Made by a program: the position numbers and the translations under genes. Positions 51,808 to 62,232 of a DNA stretch of 64,000 nucleotides are shown piece after piece (within the stretch, counting starts at the first letter, position 1; every line of letters begins with the position of its first letter). This DNA comes from Promethearchaeota archaeon. Lineage in GTDB: Archaea > Asgardarchaeota > Lokiarchaeia > Sigyniarchaeales > SOKP01. The DNA is taken from NCBI GenBank assembly GCA_016839555.1, contig JAEOUA010000003.1:224001-288000 (forward strand), given 5' to 3'. The notes beneath the pieces were generated by a model. The model worked only from the letters and a program-made list of their open reading frames with translations, had not been told where the DNA came from and searched no databases.

Positions 51808-52872
51808 GTGAGTTCAAATACAAGAATAAGCGGAGAGATATTCAAAAGAAGAGTTAGATTTTTAGTAGAAATTGTTGTTATTTTTTTCGGATTATTTTTT
51901 ATTACAGTTATTTTAATTTTGATATTATATCTTTTCATTACGCCTCAATCTACATTATATGGCCCATTATATTATATTTTTCGGGCATTAGCCATCTCAA
52001 TTGCGGTCCCTTTATTTCTTTACCTTACTAATTATATCTTGGGATGGACTAAAAATAGAGATGATCAAGAAAAAATAATTAATCCAGTTTTAAGTTATTT
52101 TAAACTGTTTAAAATAACTAAAACTAATTTTAAATATCAATTATTTTATGGAATATTGTTATTATTCTTGGTGTTTATTCCTCTAGATTTTATTTTTTAT
52201 TTAATACCAGGAATGCTTGAATATAGTATAGATTCTTTAATAACAAGTAGCAATACAAACCGTTATTTATTATACGAGGATTATTTTCTCTTTCTTATCT
52301 CTGTTATCATCATTCAAGTTTCTGTCGCATATTTTGAAGAGATTCTTGTGAGAGGGGTTTTAGCAAAAAGAGGAAATGATTATTTTAATAAAATGTCAGC
52401 TGTCATGATTTCCTCATTCTATTTTGGTTTAGGGCATCTTGCCTATTTTTTATTACCAATTAGGGAGAATTATCCCATTTGGTTTCCAATTATCTGGTTT
52501 ATTCAAGCATTCTTTGTGGGGATTATATTAGGAATCTTTTTTTTAAGAAAAAAATGGTTATTTCCCTTAATTTTTTCTCATGGACTTAATAATATCATAT
52601 CTGCTAATGCTCTTTGGTTTTGGGTCAATTCATATGATTTTTTAATCATTACATTGTTTCAATATATCCCTTTATTATGTATAAGTGTGATCTTGTTTAT
52701 TTTACAATATTCAACGATAAAGGAAGCTATAATTAGTGGATTAATTGAAATTAAGAACTATTTTACAACCAATGAGAAAATAGGAATAAATAAGAAGATG
52801 ATAATTCTTAGGGTATGTTTTGATTTTTTTATTGGATTTATAATTTTTGTAATTGCCTTATTTCTTGTATAG
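51808..52872 (+). CDS. CPBP (Rce1/Abi-like) intramembrane glutamic endopeptidase
   Basis: EEILVRG, FGLGH, HGLNN; many TM segments. Confidence 0.88.
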   Translation: MSSNTRISGEIFKRRVRFLVEIVVIFFGLFFITVILILILYLFITPQSTLYGPLYYIFRALAISIAVPLFLYLTNYILGWTKNRDDQEKIINPVLSYFKLFKITKTNFKYQLFYGILLLFLVFIPLDFIFYLIPGMLEYSIDSLITSSNTNRYLLYEDYFLFLISVIIIQVSVAYFEEILVRGVLAKRGNDYFNKMSAVMISSFYFGLGHLAYFLLPIRENYPIWFPIIWFIQAFFVGIILGIFFLRKKWLFPLIFSHGLNNIISANALWFWVNSYDFLIITLFQYIPLLCISVILFILQYSTIKEAIISGLIEIKNYFTTNEKIGINKKMIILRVCFDFFIGFIIFVIALFLV

Positions 52873-52897
52873 TTATAAATTAAAGAGATAAATCAAG

Positions 52898-53419
52898 ATG
52901 AGATATGGAATAATATCTGACACGCATATAAAAGATATGAATGATGAGAAAGTAAAACCATTAATAAAAGCATTGAAAAATGCATTTCGAAATGTTGATA
53001 AAATTATTCATGCCGGTGATATTTCTAATTTAGCATTCATAGAAGAGCTTAATAAAATAGCACCTGTCAGTTTTATCATAGGAGAAGATGATGAATTTAC
53101 TGATTTAAAAAGATTCTTAAAAATTAAGACGCTTCATTATAATATTGGAGTAATTCATGAAGTTCCTTCTAATTTAGAAGAATTCTGTAGGAGTAATGAC
53201 TTAATTAGAGGGATTTTAATTTTCGGTCATACTCATAAACCTTTGATAAAAGGCACTGAATTCAACACTCTTTTACTAAATCCAGGGTCACCCACTATTC
53301 CTAAAGCTCCAGATAAAATAGCAGGCTTTCAAAAACCAGTGGCAAGAAAAAGTGTTCTTACTTTGGAAATAGATCAAAAAGGAATAGTAAAAGTATTTAT
53401 CATAAATTTAAAATTATAA
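52898..53419 (+). CDS. YfcE/MJ0936/Vps29-family metallophosphoesterase
   Basis: ISDTH, HAGD, GHTHKP, LNPGS. Confidence 0.88.
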   Translation: MRYGIISDTHIKDMNDEKVKPLIKALKNAFRNVDKIIHAGDISNLAFIEELNKIAPVSFIIGEDDEFTDLKRFLKIKTLHYNIGVIHEVPSNLEEFCRSNDLIRGILIFGHTHKPLIKGTEFNTLLLNPGSPTIPKAPDKIAGFQKPVARKSVLTLEIDQKGIVKVFIINLKL

Positions 53420-53566
53420 ATAAGAATAAAAAAATGATGCAAGAATTTTCTGATTTTAATAATTCTAAGATTTATAAACAATAATTAATTCCTAAAAGAT
53501 TAAATATTTAATCTTTTTATAACTAATTATACAAAAATATTGATCGATTTTCAATGGTAATTAGAT

Positions 53567-53962
53567 ATGGTAAGTAAGATTGAACGTGTTTTGATGGAGC
53601 TAAACGAAAATGGCGGCTTTAAAGCTTCTTTATTCTCCACTCCCGCAGGTCTACTTCTGGCTTCTCAAAAAACAGAAGAAGTTGATGAAAAATCTTTAGC
53701 TGCAATGGGATCCCTCTTAACAGATGCTGCTTTTAAAGCAAGAGAGGAATTAAATTTATCAAATTTAGAAACTATAAGATTAGGATTTATGGATGATTTG
53801 ATAATAATGAAAAATATAATTCTATCCAATGACGCACATTTCATATTAGCTATACTTTCCAAAGCCCCGGAATCTAGAGATGTTGACAAATACTATGATG
53901 ACCTTTTAGATTGGGCTGTCGAGAACTCTAAGGAAGAGCTTAAAAAATTGAGCTCAATTTAA
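53567..53962 (+). CDS. Roadblock/LC7 domain protein
   Basis: SLFSTPAGLLLAS..DEKSLAAMGS.L..AA...EL. Confidence 0.82.
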   Translation: MVSKIERVLMELNENGGFKASLFSTPAGLLLASQKTEEVDEKSLAAMGSLLTDAAFKAREELNLSNLETIRLGFMDDLIIMKNIILSNDAHFILAILSKAPESRDVDKYYDDLLDWAVENSKEELKKLSSI

Positions 53963-54053
53963 TAAACAAGATAAATAATTTATCTTAAAAAAATTCTTTT
54001 TAAGGCTTAAAATTAAATAAATATAATAAAAAATTCAATTTAGAATTATATTT

Positions 54054-54701
54054 TCAATTTTTATTCGATTTTAGTTTATTATAGAATGAAATAACTAAAT
54101 CAGCAAGTTGATTTTCATAGCCCCAATAGAAATGGTCCGCTCCTTTAATAATTTCAAATGTTTTTGGTTCATGATAAAAGCTGTAATGGTTTTTAAAGTT
54201 ATTATAAACCGCAATATCATCTCTATCTCCTTGGATGAATAGTTTTGGTTTGTCGGATTGGGAAAGATTTTTAAAAGTTTTTCCCATAAAATCCCAAGGG
54301 AAAGATATTGCAATATAACTTATTATATTATCATTATAATTAATTGCTGAGCATCCCACTGCAGCGCCATATGAGTATCCACAGATTAAAATTTTTTTAA
54401 TTTTATCTTTATTTAATAAATAATCGATACATAACTCCACTTGATTGATGGGACTCATTTTTGTGGAGGATATATTTATTGATCCACCTATACCAATAAA
54501 ATTAAATCTTAAACAAGAAATATCATTAGTTATTACCTCGTTAAAGATTCCTGAAACTACATTATTATGCATATTTCCTCCGAACTCTGGGTGGGGATGG
54601 ATCAATAATATGCCACAATCCTTATCGTTAAGATTTTCAAAATATTCTGCTTCAAGTTTTGCGTTTTCATTGGAAATAAAAATTTTTTTCACTTCGCTCA
54701 T
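54054..54701 (-). CDS. Alpha/beta hydrolase
   Basis: HPHP..GG.M.NNVV, LRFNF.G.G.S, GYSYGA, QGDRDD, GADHF; start placed at ATG 54701. Confidence 0.88.
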   Translation of the reverse strand: MSEVKKIFISNENAKLEAEYFENLNDKDCGILLIHPHPEFGGNMHNNVVSGIFNEVITNDISCLRFNFIGIGGSINISSTKMSPINQVELCIDYLLNKDKIKKILICGYSYGAAVGCSAINYNDNIISYIAISFPWDFMGKTFKNLSQSDKPKLFIQGDRDDIAVYNNFKNHYSFYHEPKTFEIIKGADHFYWGYENQLADLVISFYNKLKSNKN

Positions 54702-54764
54702 ATGAAATATTAAATCTTTTGCATTCAAAAAAATTTAACTTATCTTTATCCTTAATTGTTACTT

Positions 54765-55553
54765 ATGGGAGAAAAAGTGGCTTTAATAACTGGAAGTACC
54801 CGCGGTATTGGGAAAGCAATTGCTTTGGAATTAGCAAATATGGAATATTTAATAGCAATAAATGGAGCATCAACGAATCACCTTCCAAAGGAATATATTG
54901 ATGAATTAGAAAGGGTATATGGGCGAAATTATAAGAAAAAATTTTTATATATTCAAGCAGATATAAGTCAAAAGATTGATCGTAAAAATCTTGTAGAAAG
55001 AATAAAAAAAGAATTTAAACGATTAGATTTATTAATAAATAATGCTGGAATATCTCCTCCAGAAAGAAGAGATATATTAGAAGCTTCTGAAGAATCTTTT
55101 GAAGAGGTGTTGAAAATTAATCTACAAGGTCCATATTTTTTAACGAGAGATATCGCAAATTGGATGATCAATCAAAAGAAAGAATTGAAGAATTATAATC
55201 CGTATATTATAAACATTTCATCCGTTTCTAGCTTTGCTTCTTCACCAAATAGAGGTGAATATTGCATCTCAAAAGCAGGAATCTCCATGATGACCAAATT
55301 ATATGCCGATAGGCTCGCTGAATTCAAAATTCCCGTATTTGAAATTCAACCAGGAATCATTGAAACTGATATGACTTTACCTGTTAAGGGGAAATATGAT
55401 GAATTAATTAATCAAGGGATACTTCCCATTAAAAGATGGGGATTTCCTGATGAAGTCGCGAAGGCGGTAAGAGCTATAGTATCTGGATTATTACCCTATT
55501 CTACAGGAGATATTATACATATTGATGGAGGATTTCACCTAAAAAGATTATAG
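54765..55553 (+). CDS. Short-chain dehydrogenase/reductase (3-ketoacyl reductase-like)
   Basis: TGSTRGIG, NNAG, S..NRGEYCISK, PGII.TDM, DGG. Confidence 0.92.
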   Translation: MGEKVALITGSTRGIGKAIALELANMEYLIAINGASTNHLPKEYIDELERVYGRNYKKKFLYIQADISQKIDRKNLVERIKKEFKRLDLLINNAGISPPERRDILEASEESFEEVLKINLQGPYFLTRDIANWMINQKKELKNYNPYIINISSVSSFASSPNRGEYCISKAGISMMTKLYADRLAEFKIPVFEIQPGIIETDMTLPVKGKYDELINQGILPIKRWGFPDEVAKAVRAIVSGLLPYSTGDIIHIDGGFHLKRL

Positions 55554-55667
55554 AAGAAAAAATTTTACTTGATTATCATAAAGCTACGCAGCCAAATTAT
55601 TTTAAATACTTCAATAACTTTTTTTATATAATTTAAAAAAATCTGTAAAAAAAAATTCAAATTTTAT

Positions 55668-57692
55668 ATGATTGCTTCTAATAATATTGAGAAATTTCTT
55701 GATTTTAAATTTATAAAATATGATACCATCATAATTGGGAGTGGAGCTGCAGGATTAAATTGCGCACTTCATTTAGTAGAAGAGGGGATAGAGCCCAGTG
55801 AAATTGCAATTATAACAGAAAAATTAGGAGGCGGTACATCATTTAATGCAGGTTCAGATAAGCAAACTTACTATAAATTGTCCATAATAGGAAAACAGAA
55901 AGATTGTCCTACCGATATGGCACAAGATCTATATTCAGGGGGTGCTATGCACGGTGATATAGCATTAATAGAAGCAACTAATTCAATTCGTGAATTTTTT
56001 CATTTGGTTCAACTGGGAGTTCCTTTTCCCCATGATAAATATGGTGGATATTTTAGCTATAAAACGGATTATGATCCCAAACAAAGGGCTACCTCAATAG
56101 GACCATTAACCTCCCAAAAAATGTGCGAATGTTTATTAAGAGCCGTTAATGAGGCAAATATTACTATTTTTGATTATTACTATGCTGCGGAAATTATAAT
56201 TAATCAATCTCAAGGATATAAAGAATCTGTTGGATTGATTGCCTTGGACATTAAAAATCTTTCTAATCATAAAGATCTTGAAAACTTAATTGATTCAATT
56301 AAAATTTTTCAGTCTAAGAACATTATTTTAGCTACCGGTGGTCCCGCAGCATTATATAAATATTCTGTTTATCCAAAATCTCAATGGGGAGGTATGAGCC
56401 TTGCTATTAAGGCAGGATGCAAATTCCAAAACCTAACAGAATCTCAATTTGGTTTAGCCTCAATTAAATTTAGATGGAATCTTTCTGGTTCTTATCAGCA
56501 AGTTATTCCACGATATTTTTCACTTGATAAAAATGGGAAAGAAACTGAATTTTTAAATCAGTATTTCGATTCATTTTCTCAACTTTCAAAAGCGATATTT
56601 CTAAAGGGATATCAATGGCCATTTAGTTCAGATAGAATTGAAGCTAATGGATCCTCTTTAATTGATTTAGCAGTATATTATGAAACGGAAATTCTTGGGA
56701 ATAAAGTGTTTTTAGATTATAGGAACAATCCGGAATCTTATAATCAAAATGAATTAGATTTAATTGCTAAAGAATATTTAGAAAACTCAAATGCTCTTCT
56801 TAACAATCCAATAGAAAGACTAAAGCAATTAAATAGAGATGCTTTCGAACTTTATAAAAGTCATAATATTGATTTAACAAAAGTACCTTTAGAAATTGCT
56901 GTGTGTAATCAGCATTTAAATGGAGGTGTTAAGGGAGAGATTTGGTGGGAAACTAATATTAAACACTTATTTGCTATTGGGGAAATTAATGGAAATCATG
57001 GTATTCATCGACCAGGTGGAGCGGCACTAAATTCAGGTCAAGTTGGAGGCTTACGAGCTGCTCAAAAAATAGGAAATGTTTATAATAACTCCAATTTTTT
57101 GGAAAATGAAGATTTTAAAAAGATTGTAAGAAATTATCTAAAAAACTTCATAGCAGAGTTTAAAAATTTGATTTCAAATGAACATGCAGAACTAAAATCC
57201 AAAGAAATCTTAAGAAATATACAAGAACGAATGACAAAATTTGGCTCTATTATAAGACCATTAAATGGTCTTCGGGAGGCAGAACAAAATCTGAAATCTG
57301 AAATAAAAAATCACAACTCTATGGTCAAACTAGACCAAAATCTAGAGATCTTAGACTATTTGAGGGTAAAAGATGCCTTACTTACACAACAATATATTTT
57401 TAACTCAATATTAAATTATCATGAATCTTATGGCTCAAGCAGAGGGTCATATCTCATTATTAGAGATTCACTTAATCCCTCCTTCAAAGAACAATATATA
57501 TCGCCGCCCAGAAAATTAACATGTTTTAAATTTGTGAAAAGTGAAAGAAATTTTAAAAATAAAATTCAAACTATTAAATCTTCTAATGGAAGAATTATAT
57601 TTAAATGGGAACAAATAAGAGAAATTCCTAAAGAATCTGGTTGGTTTGAAACGATTTGGAAGAAATATAAAGACAAAGAAGTTTTTAAATGA
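55668..57692 (+). CDS. FAD-binding protein of the SdhA/FrdA/NadB flavoprotein superfamily
   Basis: IIGSGAAG, LATGG, QHLNGG, LFAIGE.NG.HG.HRPGG.AL; no sdhBCD nearby. Confidence 0.8.
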   Translation: MIASNNIEKFLDFKFIKYDTIIIGSGAAGLNCALHLVEEGIEPSEIAIITEKLGGGTSFNAGSDKQTYYKLSIIGKQKDCPTDMAQDLYSGGAMHGDIALIEATNSIREFFHLVQLGVPFPHDKYGGYFSYKTDYDPKQRATSIGPLTSQKMCECLLRAVNEANITIFDYYYAAEIIINQSQGYKESVGLIALDIKNLSNHKDLENLIDSIKIFQSKNIILATGGPAALYKYSVYPKSQWGGMSLAIKAGCKFQNLTESQFGLASIKFRWNLSGSYQQVIPRYFSLDKNGKETEFLNQYFDSFSQLSKAIFLKGYQWPFSSDRIEANGSSLIDLAVYYETEILGNKVFLDYRNNPESYNQNELDLIAKEYLENSNALLNNPIERLKQLNRDAFELYKSHNIDLTKVPLEIAVCNQHLNGGVKGEIWWETNIKHLFAIGEINGNHGIHRPGGAALNSGQVGGLRAAQKIGNVYNNSNFLENEDFKKIVRNYLKNFIAEFKNLISNEHAELKSKEILRNIQERMTKFGSIIRPLNGLREAEQNLKSEIKNHNSMVKLDQNLEILDYLRVKDALLTQQYIFNSILNYHESYGSSRGSYLIIRDSLNPSFKEQYISPPRKLTCFKFVKSERNFKNKIQTIKSSNGRIIFKWEQIREIPKESGWFETIWKKYKDKEVFK

Positions 57693-57820
57693 AGAATTAA
57701 ATAAACCAAGCTAAAGTATATTTATTTCTTTTTTTTTATAAATAGAATAATTAATTATTTAACTAACTAATTAGATAGGTAAGTCAATTAAAAATTAAAA
57801 ACTATTAAGCTATTAAAAAG

Positions 57821-59038
57821 GTGTTCGAAATTTCATCAGAAAAATCCATAGTTTACTGGGCATCGCCCTATGAATTAATTGCCATTAAAAATTCTTCTAA
57901 AAATATGATAACTAATAATTTAGTAAAAACGAGATTTATCTTAGATAAAATTTTAAATAATTTCATATCCCCTGATGAAAAAGTGGGTGTAAAAGTACAT
58001 GTAGGTGAAGCTTATAATACGCGATATTTACGACATGATTATGTTCATGAAGTTGTTGAAGTTATAAAGGAAAAAGGAGGCATACCAAAACTTATAGAAA
58101 CACAAGGCATAGGAATGGAGACTCATCTTGTTAAAATTCCCAATAATTGTGTGATATGTTTAGGGAGTCGTAAAAATAAAGAGGACCATTATAATATTGC
58201 TCATCTTCATGGTTATACGGAAACCATTATTGGTGCGCCGTTAGAATTTTTAGATGGTGAAAAAGGACTTGATGGAAAGAACGTTAAGATAGATGGTATT
58301 CATCTAAAAGAGGTTAGTGTAGCATCTGGTCTCTTTGATTTTGACAAACTAGTTTTAATTTCTCATTTCAAGGGTCATCCTCAAGCAGGCTTTGGAGGTG
58401 CTTTAAAGCAATTAGGTATAGGATGTGTTACCAAACATAACAAATTTAAAGCTCATTTCTCTGGCAGTCTAAGTACAACTAAAAGATGTGACATTTCTAA
58501 ATGTAATCAAGAATGTATTACTGCTTGCCCAGTAGATGCCATTAGAATAGAGGAAGATTCTGCTATTATCGATCCTTCGAAATGTATCGGGTGTTTAGGT
58601 TGTCAAGAGGCTTGCCCAGTGAGAAAGGCAATAAAATCCGCTACATATAATGATTTAAAGGTGTTTAATGAAAGACTTATTGATAATGCTCTTGCTGTGG
58701 TAACTTCATTTGGTCCTGAAAAAATACGTTATATTAGTTTTGCTTTTGATATACCAGCTATGTGTGACTGTGTTGTAAATGCCAACATGAATATTGTGCC
58801 TGATTTAGGCATTTTTGGATCAAATGATCCTGTTGCTATCGATCAGGCATGTATCAATATGGAAACCGCAGCACCTGGGCTCCCTACATTAAATGCAGAA
58901 GGAGAATGGATAGAGCCAGTTGCAGCAGGAATAGAAAAATTTAAAGCTTTCAACAAGAGTTTAGACACAACTTGGCAACTTAATGCTGCGAAAACAAATA
59001 AACTCGGAAATGGGGAATATGAATTAATTAAGATTTAA
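57821..59038 (+). CDS. DUF362 domain protein with inserted 2x[4Fe-4S] ferredoxin
   Basis: VKVHVGE, SHFKGH...GFGGALKQLG.GC, CITACP, CIGCLGCQEACP, CDC, PDLGIFGS.DPVAID. Confidence 0.85.
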   Translation: MFEISSEKSIVYWASPYELIAIKNSSKNMITNNLVKTRFILDKILNNFISPDEKVGVKVHVGEAYNTRYLRHDYVHEVVEVIKEKGGIPKLIETQGIGMETHLVKIPNNCVICLGSRKNKEDHYNIAHLHGYTETIIGAPLEFLDGEKGLDGKNVKIDGIHLKEVSVASGLFDFDKLVLISHFKGHPQAGFGGALKQLGIGCVTKHNKFKAHFSGSLSTTKRCDISKCNQECITACPVDAIRIEEDSAIIDPSKCIGCLGCQEACPVRKAIKSATYNDLKVFNERLIDNALAVVTSFGPEKIRYISFAFDIPAMCDCVVNANMNIVPDLGIFGSNDPVAIDQACINMETAAPGLPTLNAEGEWIEPVAAGIEKFKAFNKSLDTTWQLNAAKTNKLGNGEYELIKI

Positions 59039-59212
59039 TTTTAAATACCTTTATTACTAGCTTTTTTATCTTTTTACTTTTTTTTAATATGATGGTTGAT
59101 TTAAAAAATATCTGTAAAAATAAGTATTATTTGCTCTTCTTCAACTGAACTGCTAAAAAATATTAAATTAACCAAATTTTCATTCTTAATATTAAAAATA
59201 AGAAAAAAAAAA

Positions 59213-60607
59213 TTATAATTTTAATTGTCTTAACTGAATTCTATTGTTTTTCACCTTATCTGGCGTGAGATCATATAGTTTCCAAAACGCTATCGCTCCA
59301 ATAAATATAAAAATGGCGGGAATGAGACTGGTATGAATATGAATTCCCCATATTGCCAAACTAGATTGAGTTGCAATTGCATCATTGAAACCTGTTAGAG
59401 TATGGACAATTGAAAAAGTAAGTGCTTGTGCGACAATTCCAAGGCGCCCGAAAAACATTTGAAATCCAGTATAAAGTCCTTCTTCACGCTTTTTTGTTAA
59501 AATAATTGAATTATCTATAACATCACCCGAGACAGGATATATCATTATCCAGAATCCTCCTAGTGGCACCCCCCATAAAACCATGTTAATTATAATTCCG
59601 ATATAGCTCCTTAAAAAAAGAAGAGGCAAAGTAAATACTCCCAACATTAAAGCAGCAATAAATAAAACTTTACGATTATCATTAAGTTTATCAGAAAGCT
59701 TTTTCCAGAAGGGAGCCGAAACTAAGACTCCAATGAGAAATGCAGCAAATACTAAGGTCTGAGCTTGAGACTCCATCCCAAGACTAAAACGAACTACGTA
59801 TGGGATTGAAGCTTGCATAGTTTCTATCATGGATTGATATAGGGTATAAATTACCATGAAAGTAATAAATGCCCTCTGAATCACAGCCTTTTTCATACTC
59901 TTAAAAAATGATTCTTTTTCAGTAAGTTTTTGATATTTTTCAAAATATTTATCTATTAACGCTTGATCTTCTCGAACCCCTGGGATTGCAATTATGAAGC
60001 CTATCGTAACGATGATAAAGGATACAAGACCTTGATAAAAGAAGGATGGAATATTTCCATAGTTGAAAACTAACGGGGGAACTATTGCACCAAGAGCAGT
60101 GCCAACCACCCCAATCATTATTTGAAAACTACTTGTTAATCGTCGTTCTTTCATTGAGCGAAATTTATCGGGGTAAAGCGCAATAAAATTCACAAAAAAT
60201 AACGAATGAAATGTATCGAATAAACAGGTTGTAAATAATAACCATATAAATAAGATCAAAGCATCATTAACTGCATCGGTCGTGGGTGGTAAGAATATTA
60301 ACGCATAGGAGAGCCCCCAAGGCAATCCTCCTATTAAAATCCATATAAATCTTCTTCCATATTTCCTAGTAAACCTAAACTGTTTATTGGTTAAATACCC
60401 GATGATAGGATCATTGAACATATTGTAGACAGCAAATATCACAAATGCTAATCCTACCAACCACACATCTAAATGAATCTCGCTTTCAAAGAAATAAAAA
60501 GCATTTGCAGAAAAGGCAATGCGCATAAATTCCCGAGAAAATGATCCGAAAGCATAGGAGGCAAGTTCTTTTTTTGGATGTAATATTTCTTCATTAATTT
60601 CTTCCAA
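59213..60607 (-). CDS. MFS transporter, GPH (glycoside-pentoside-hexuronide) family
   Basis: NDPIIG...GRR..WIL, ERR, DVID...RREEGLY-like motif; ~12 TM; TTG start after AGGTG. Confidence 0.88.
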   Translation of the reverse strand: MEEINEEILHPKKELASYAFGSFSREFMRIAFSANAFYFFESEIHLDVWLVGLAFVIFAVYNMFNDPIIGYLTNKQFRFTRKYGRRFIWILIGGLPWGLSYALIFLPPTTDAVNDALILFIWLLFTTCLFDTFHSLFFVNFIALYPDKFRSMKERRLTSSFQIMIGVVGTALGAIVPPLVFNYGNIPSFFYQGLVSFIIVTIGFIIAIPGVREDQALIDKYFEKYQKLTEKESFFKSMKKAVIQRAFITFMVIYTLYQSMIETMQASIPYVVRFSLGMESQAQTLVFAAFLIGVLVSAPFWKKLSDKLNDNRKVLFIAALMLGVFTLPLLFLRSYIGIIINMVLWGVPLGGFWIMIYPVSGDVIDNSIILTKKREEGLYTGFQMFFGRLGIVAQALTFSIVHTLTGFNDAIATQSSLAIWGIHIHTSLIPAIFIFIGAIAFWKLYDLTPDKVKNNRIQLRQLKL

Positions 60608-60764
60608 AAATCACACCTTTATACATTATTTTTGTAAAATAAAATTATCTTAAATAAAAATTATGATCTTAAAGATATTTAAAACTGATCATAAAACAAA
60701 TTAATAATATTGGGTTTTACTAAAAATTTCTATTAAAAAAATAAGTTCTTAATAAAGCACTCCT

Positions 60765-62138
60765 CTAAGATTTGTAGAGTGGATCTCGAACCATGCACCC
60801 AGTGTTTTTTCCTTTACTCATTAATTCTGAGCATTTTGAACAAGCGATACAGACTTTATTTTTATCTATTTTTTGATTCTGCAAAATTTGTTTTGGAAAA
60901 TTGGGATTTGCAAAGCTCATTCGCCCGAGGCCACAAATATCTACCATTCCATTAGTTATTAGAGCTGAGCATATATTTATGGCGAATTGACGTAAATATG
61001 AGTATCCTGACCCAATTATAATCATATCTTTAGGGGAGTTCTTTTTTATAGATGAGGTTAAAGTTATCATTCTATTAACACTACATAGAGGATGCTCCGG
61101 TGGCTTTTCAGCTCCCGCTGCGGGGATATCATAGGGTCTCGTAAGAAATGGTTTGTAATGGGGATTTCCACTACTAATATTCAATAACTTTACATCTTGC
61201 CTATATAAAAGTTGGATTAATTGGAAAGGTTCTGAGAGATCTATAGTAGCAGGAAAATTTTCGTTTTGTAATTTTGCATTTCCAAATCCATAGGGATAAG
61301 GTATTCCATCATATACTCCCAAGCGTGTAGTTATAATAAAGTCTGATGTAGGAACGCTGTTATTTAGTTTTTTTATTACATTTAATAGTAATCGAGCACG
61401 ATTTTCAAGAGCATACCCTCCATAGATCGAATTCTTTTTAGTTCTAGCACTCAATAGTTCTGAAATTAGATAGCCATGACACGCTTTAATATCAACACCA
61501 TCAAAACCAGCATTATAAGCTAATTCAGCTTTTTTTACCCAAATATCCTCTAATTTTATGAGTTCTTCATCTGAGATGATTTTCCCTTCTTTTTTATTGA
61601 CATTAATAGCTGCATCCAAATCATTATGATAATATGTGCGAATTGGATAATTTTTTTTTCCTTTTTTAGAGTATCTCCCCGAATGATTGAGTTGTAAGAT
61701 TATTATACCTTTATTATCAAATCCAAGGGTTTTTAGTGTATCATCTAATATTTTTCTAAGATATCTTACAAATCTTTTAAATTTTTCAAAATTTCTCTGT
61801 GTTATAACTAACTGATGGGGATTGGATTTAAATTCTTCTAAAATAGAGGTCGCTTCAATCCAAATAATTCCAGCCCCACCATTCGCATATCGTTTATATC
61901 GGCGAAGAGTTAAAAGGCTTGGACTTCCATCTAACTGAGCATCAAAACCCTCCATAGGTTGTACTGCTAATCTATTAGGAATTTCTATATTATTTAAAGC
62001 TATAGGTTGCTTGAAGCACTCAAAATTATCATCCATCGAAAGAGATATTTTTAATTTTTTTATTGTTAATTTTAGATCCGCAAGAGAATTATATGAAAAG
62101 GGTTCGAATTTTTCACAATCTTGTGGAACTTTACTCAT
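60765..62138 (-). CDS. NADH:flavin oxidoreductase (Old Yellow Enzyme family) with C-terminal Fe-S motif
   Basis: NRLAVQPMEG, QLNHSGR, AGFDGVDIKACHGYL, YGG.LENR.R, CIACSKC..C. Confidence 0.88.
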   Translation of the reverse strand: MSKVPQDCEKFEPFSYNSLADLKLTIKKLKISLSMDDNFECFKQPIALNNIEIPNRLAVQPMEGFDAQLDGSPSLLTLRRYKRYANGGAGIIWIEATSILEEFKSNPHQLVITQRNFEKFKRFVRYLRKILDDTLKTLGFDNKGIIILQLNHSGRYSKKGKKNYPIRTYYHNDLDAAINVNKKEGKIISDEELIKLEDIWVKKAELAYNAGFDGVDIKACHGYLISELLSARTKKNSIYGGYALENRARLLLNVIKKLNNSVPTSDFIITTRLGVYDGIPYPYGFGNAKLQNENFPATIDLSEPFQLIQLLYRQDVKLLNISSGNPHYKPFLTRPYDIPAAGAEKPPEHPLCSVNRMITLTSSIKKNSPKDMIIIGSGYSYLRQFAINICSALITNGMVDICGLGRMSFANPNFPKQILQNQKIDKNKVCIACSKCSELMSKGKNTGCMVRDPLYKS

Positions 62139-62232
62139 AGCTGATCTTTGCTTTAATAAATATTTATAAATATAGACAATTATGATTATATTTAAAAAAG
62201 ATATTAAAATATAAAAAGGAGAAGGATACTAC

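Noticed and set aside
53434-53453. Box C/D-like ATGATGC...CTGA
   Set aside because: Imperfect C box and only 9 nt between boxes; no C'/D' pair
55668-57692. Calling the flavoprotein succinate dehydrogenase/fumarate reductase
   Set aside because: No covalent-FAD His segment, no QFHPT/EGxRGEG motifs, and no Fe-S or anchor subunit genes adjacent
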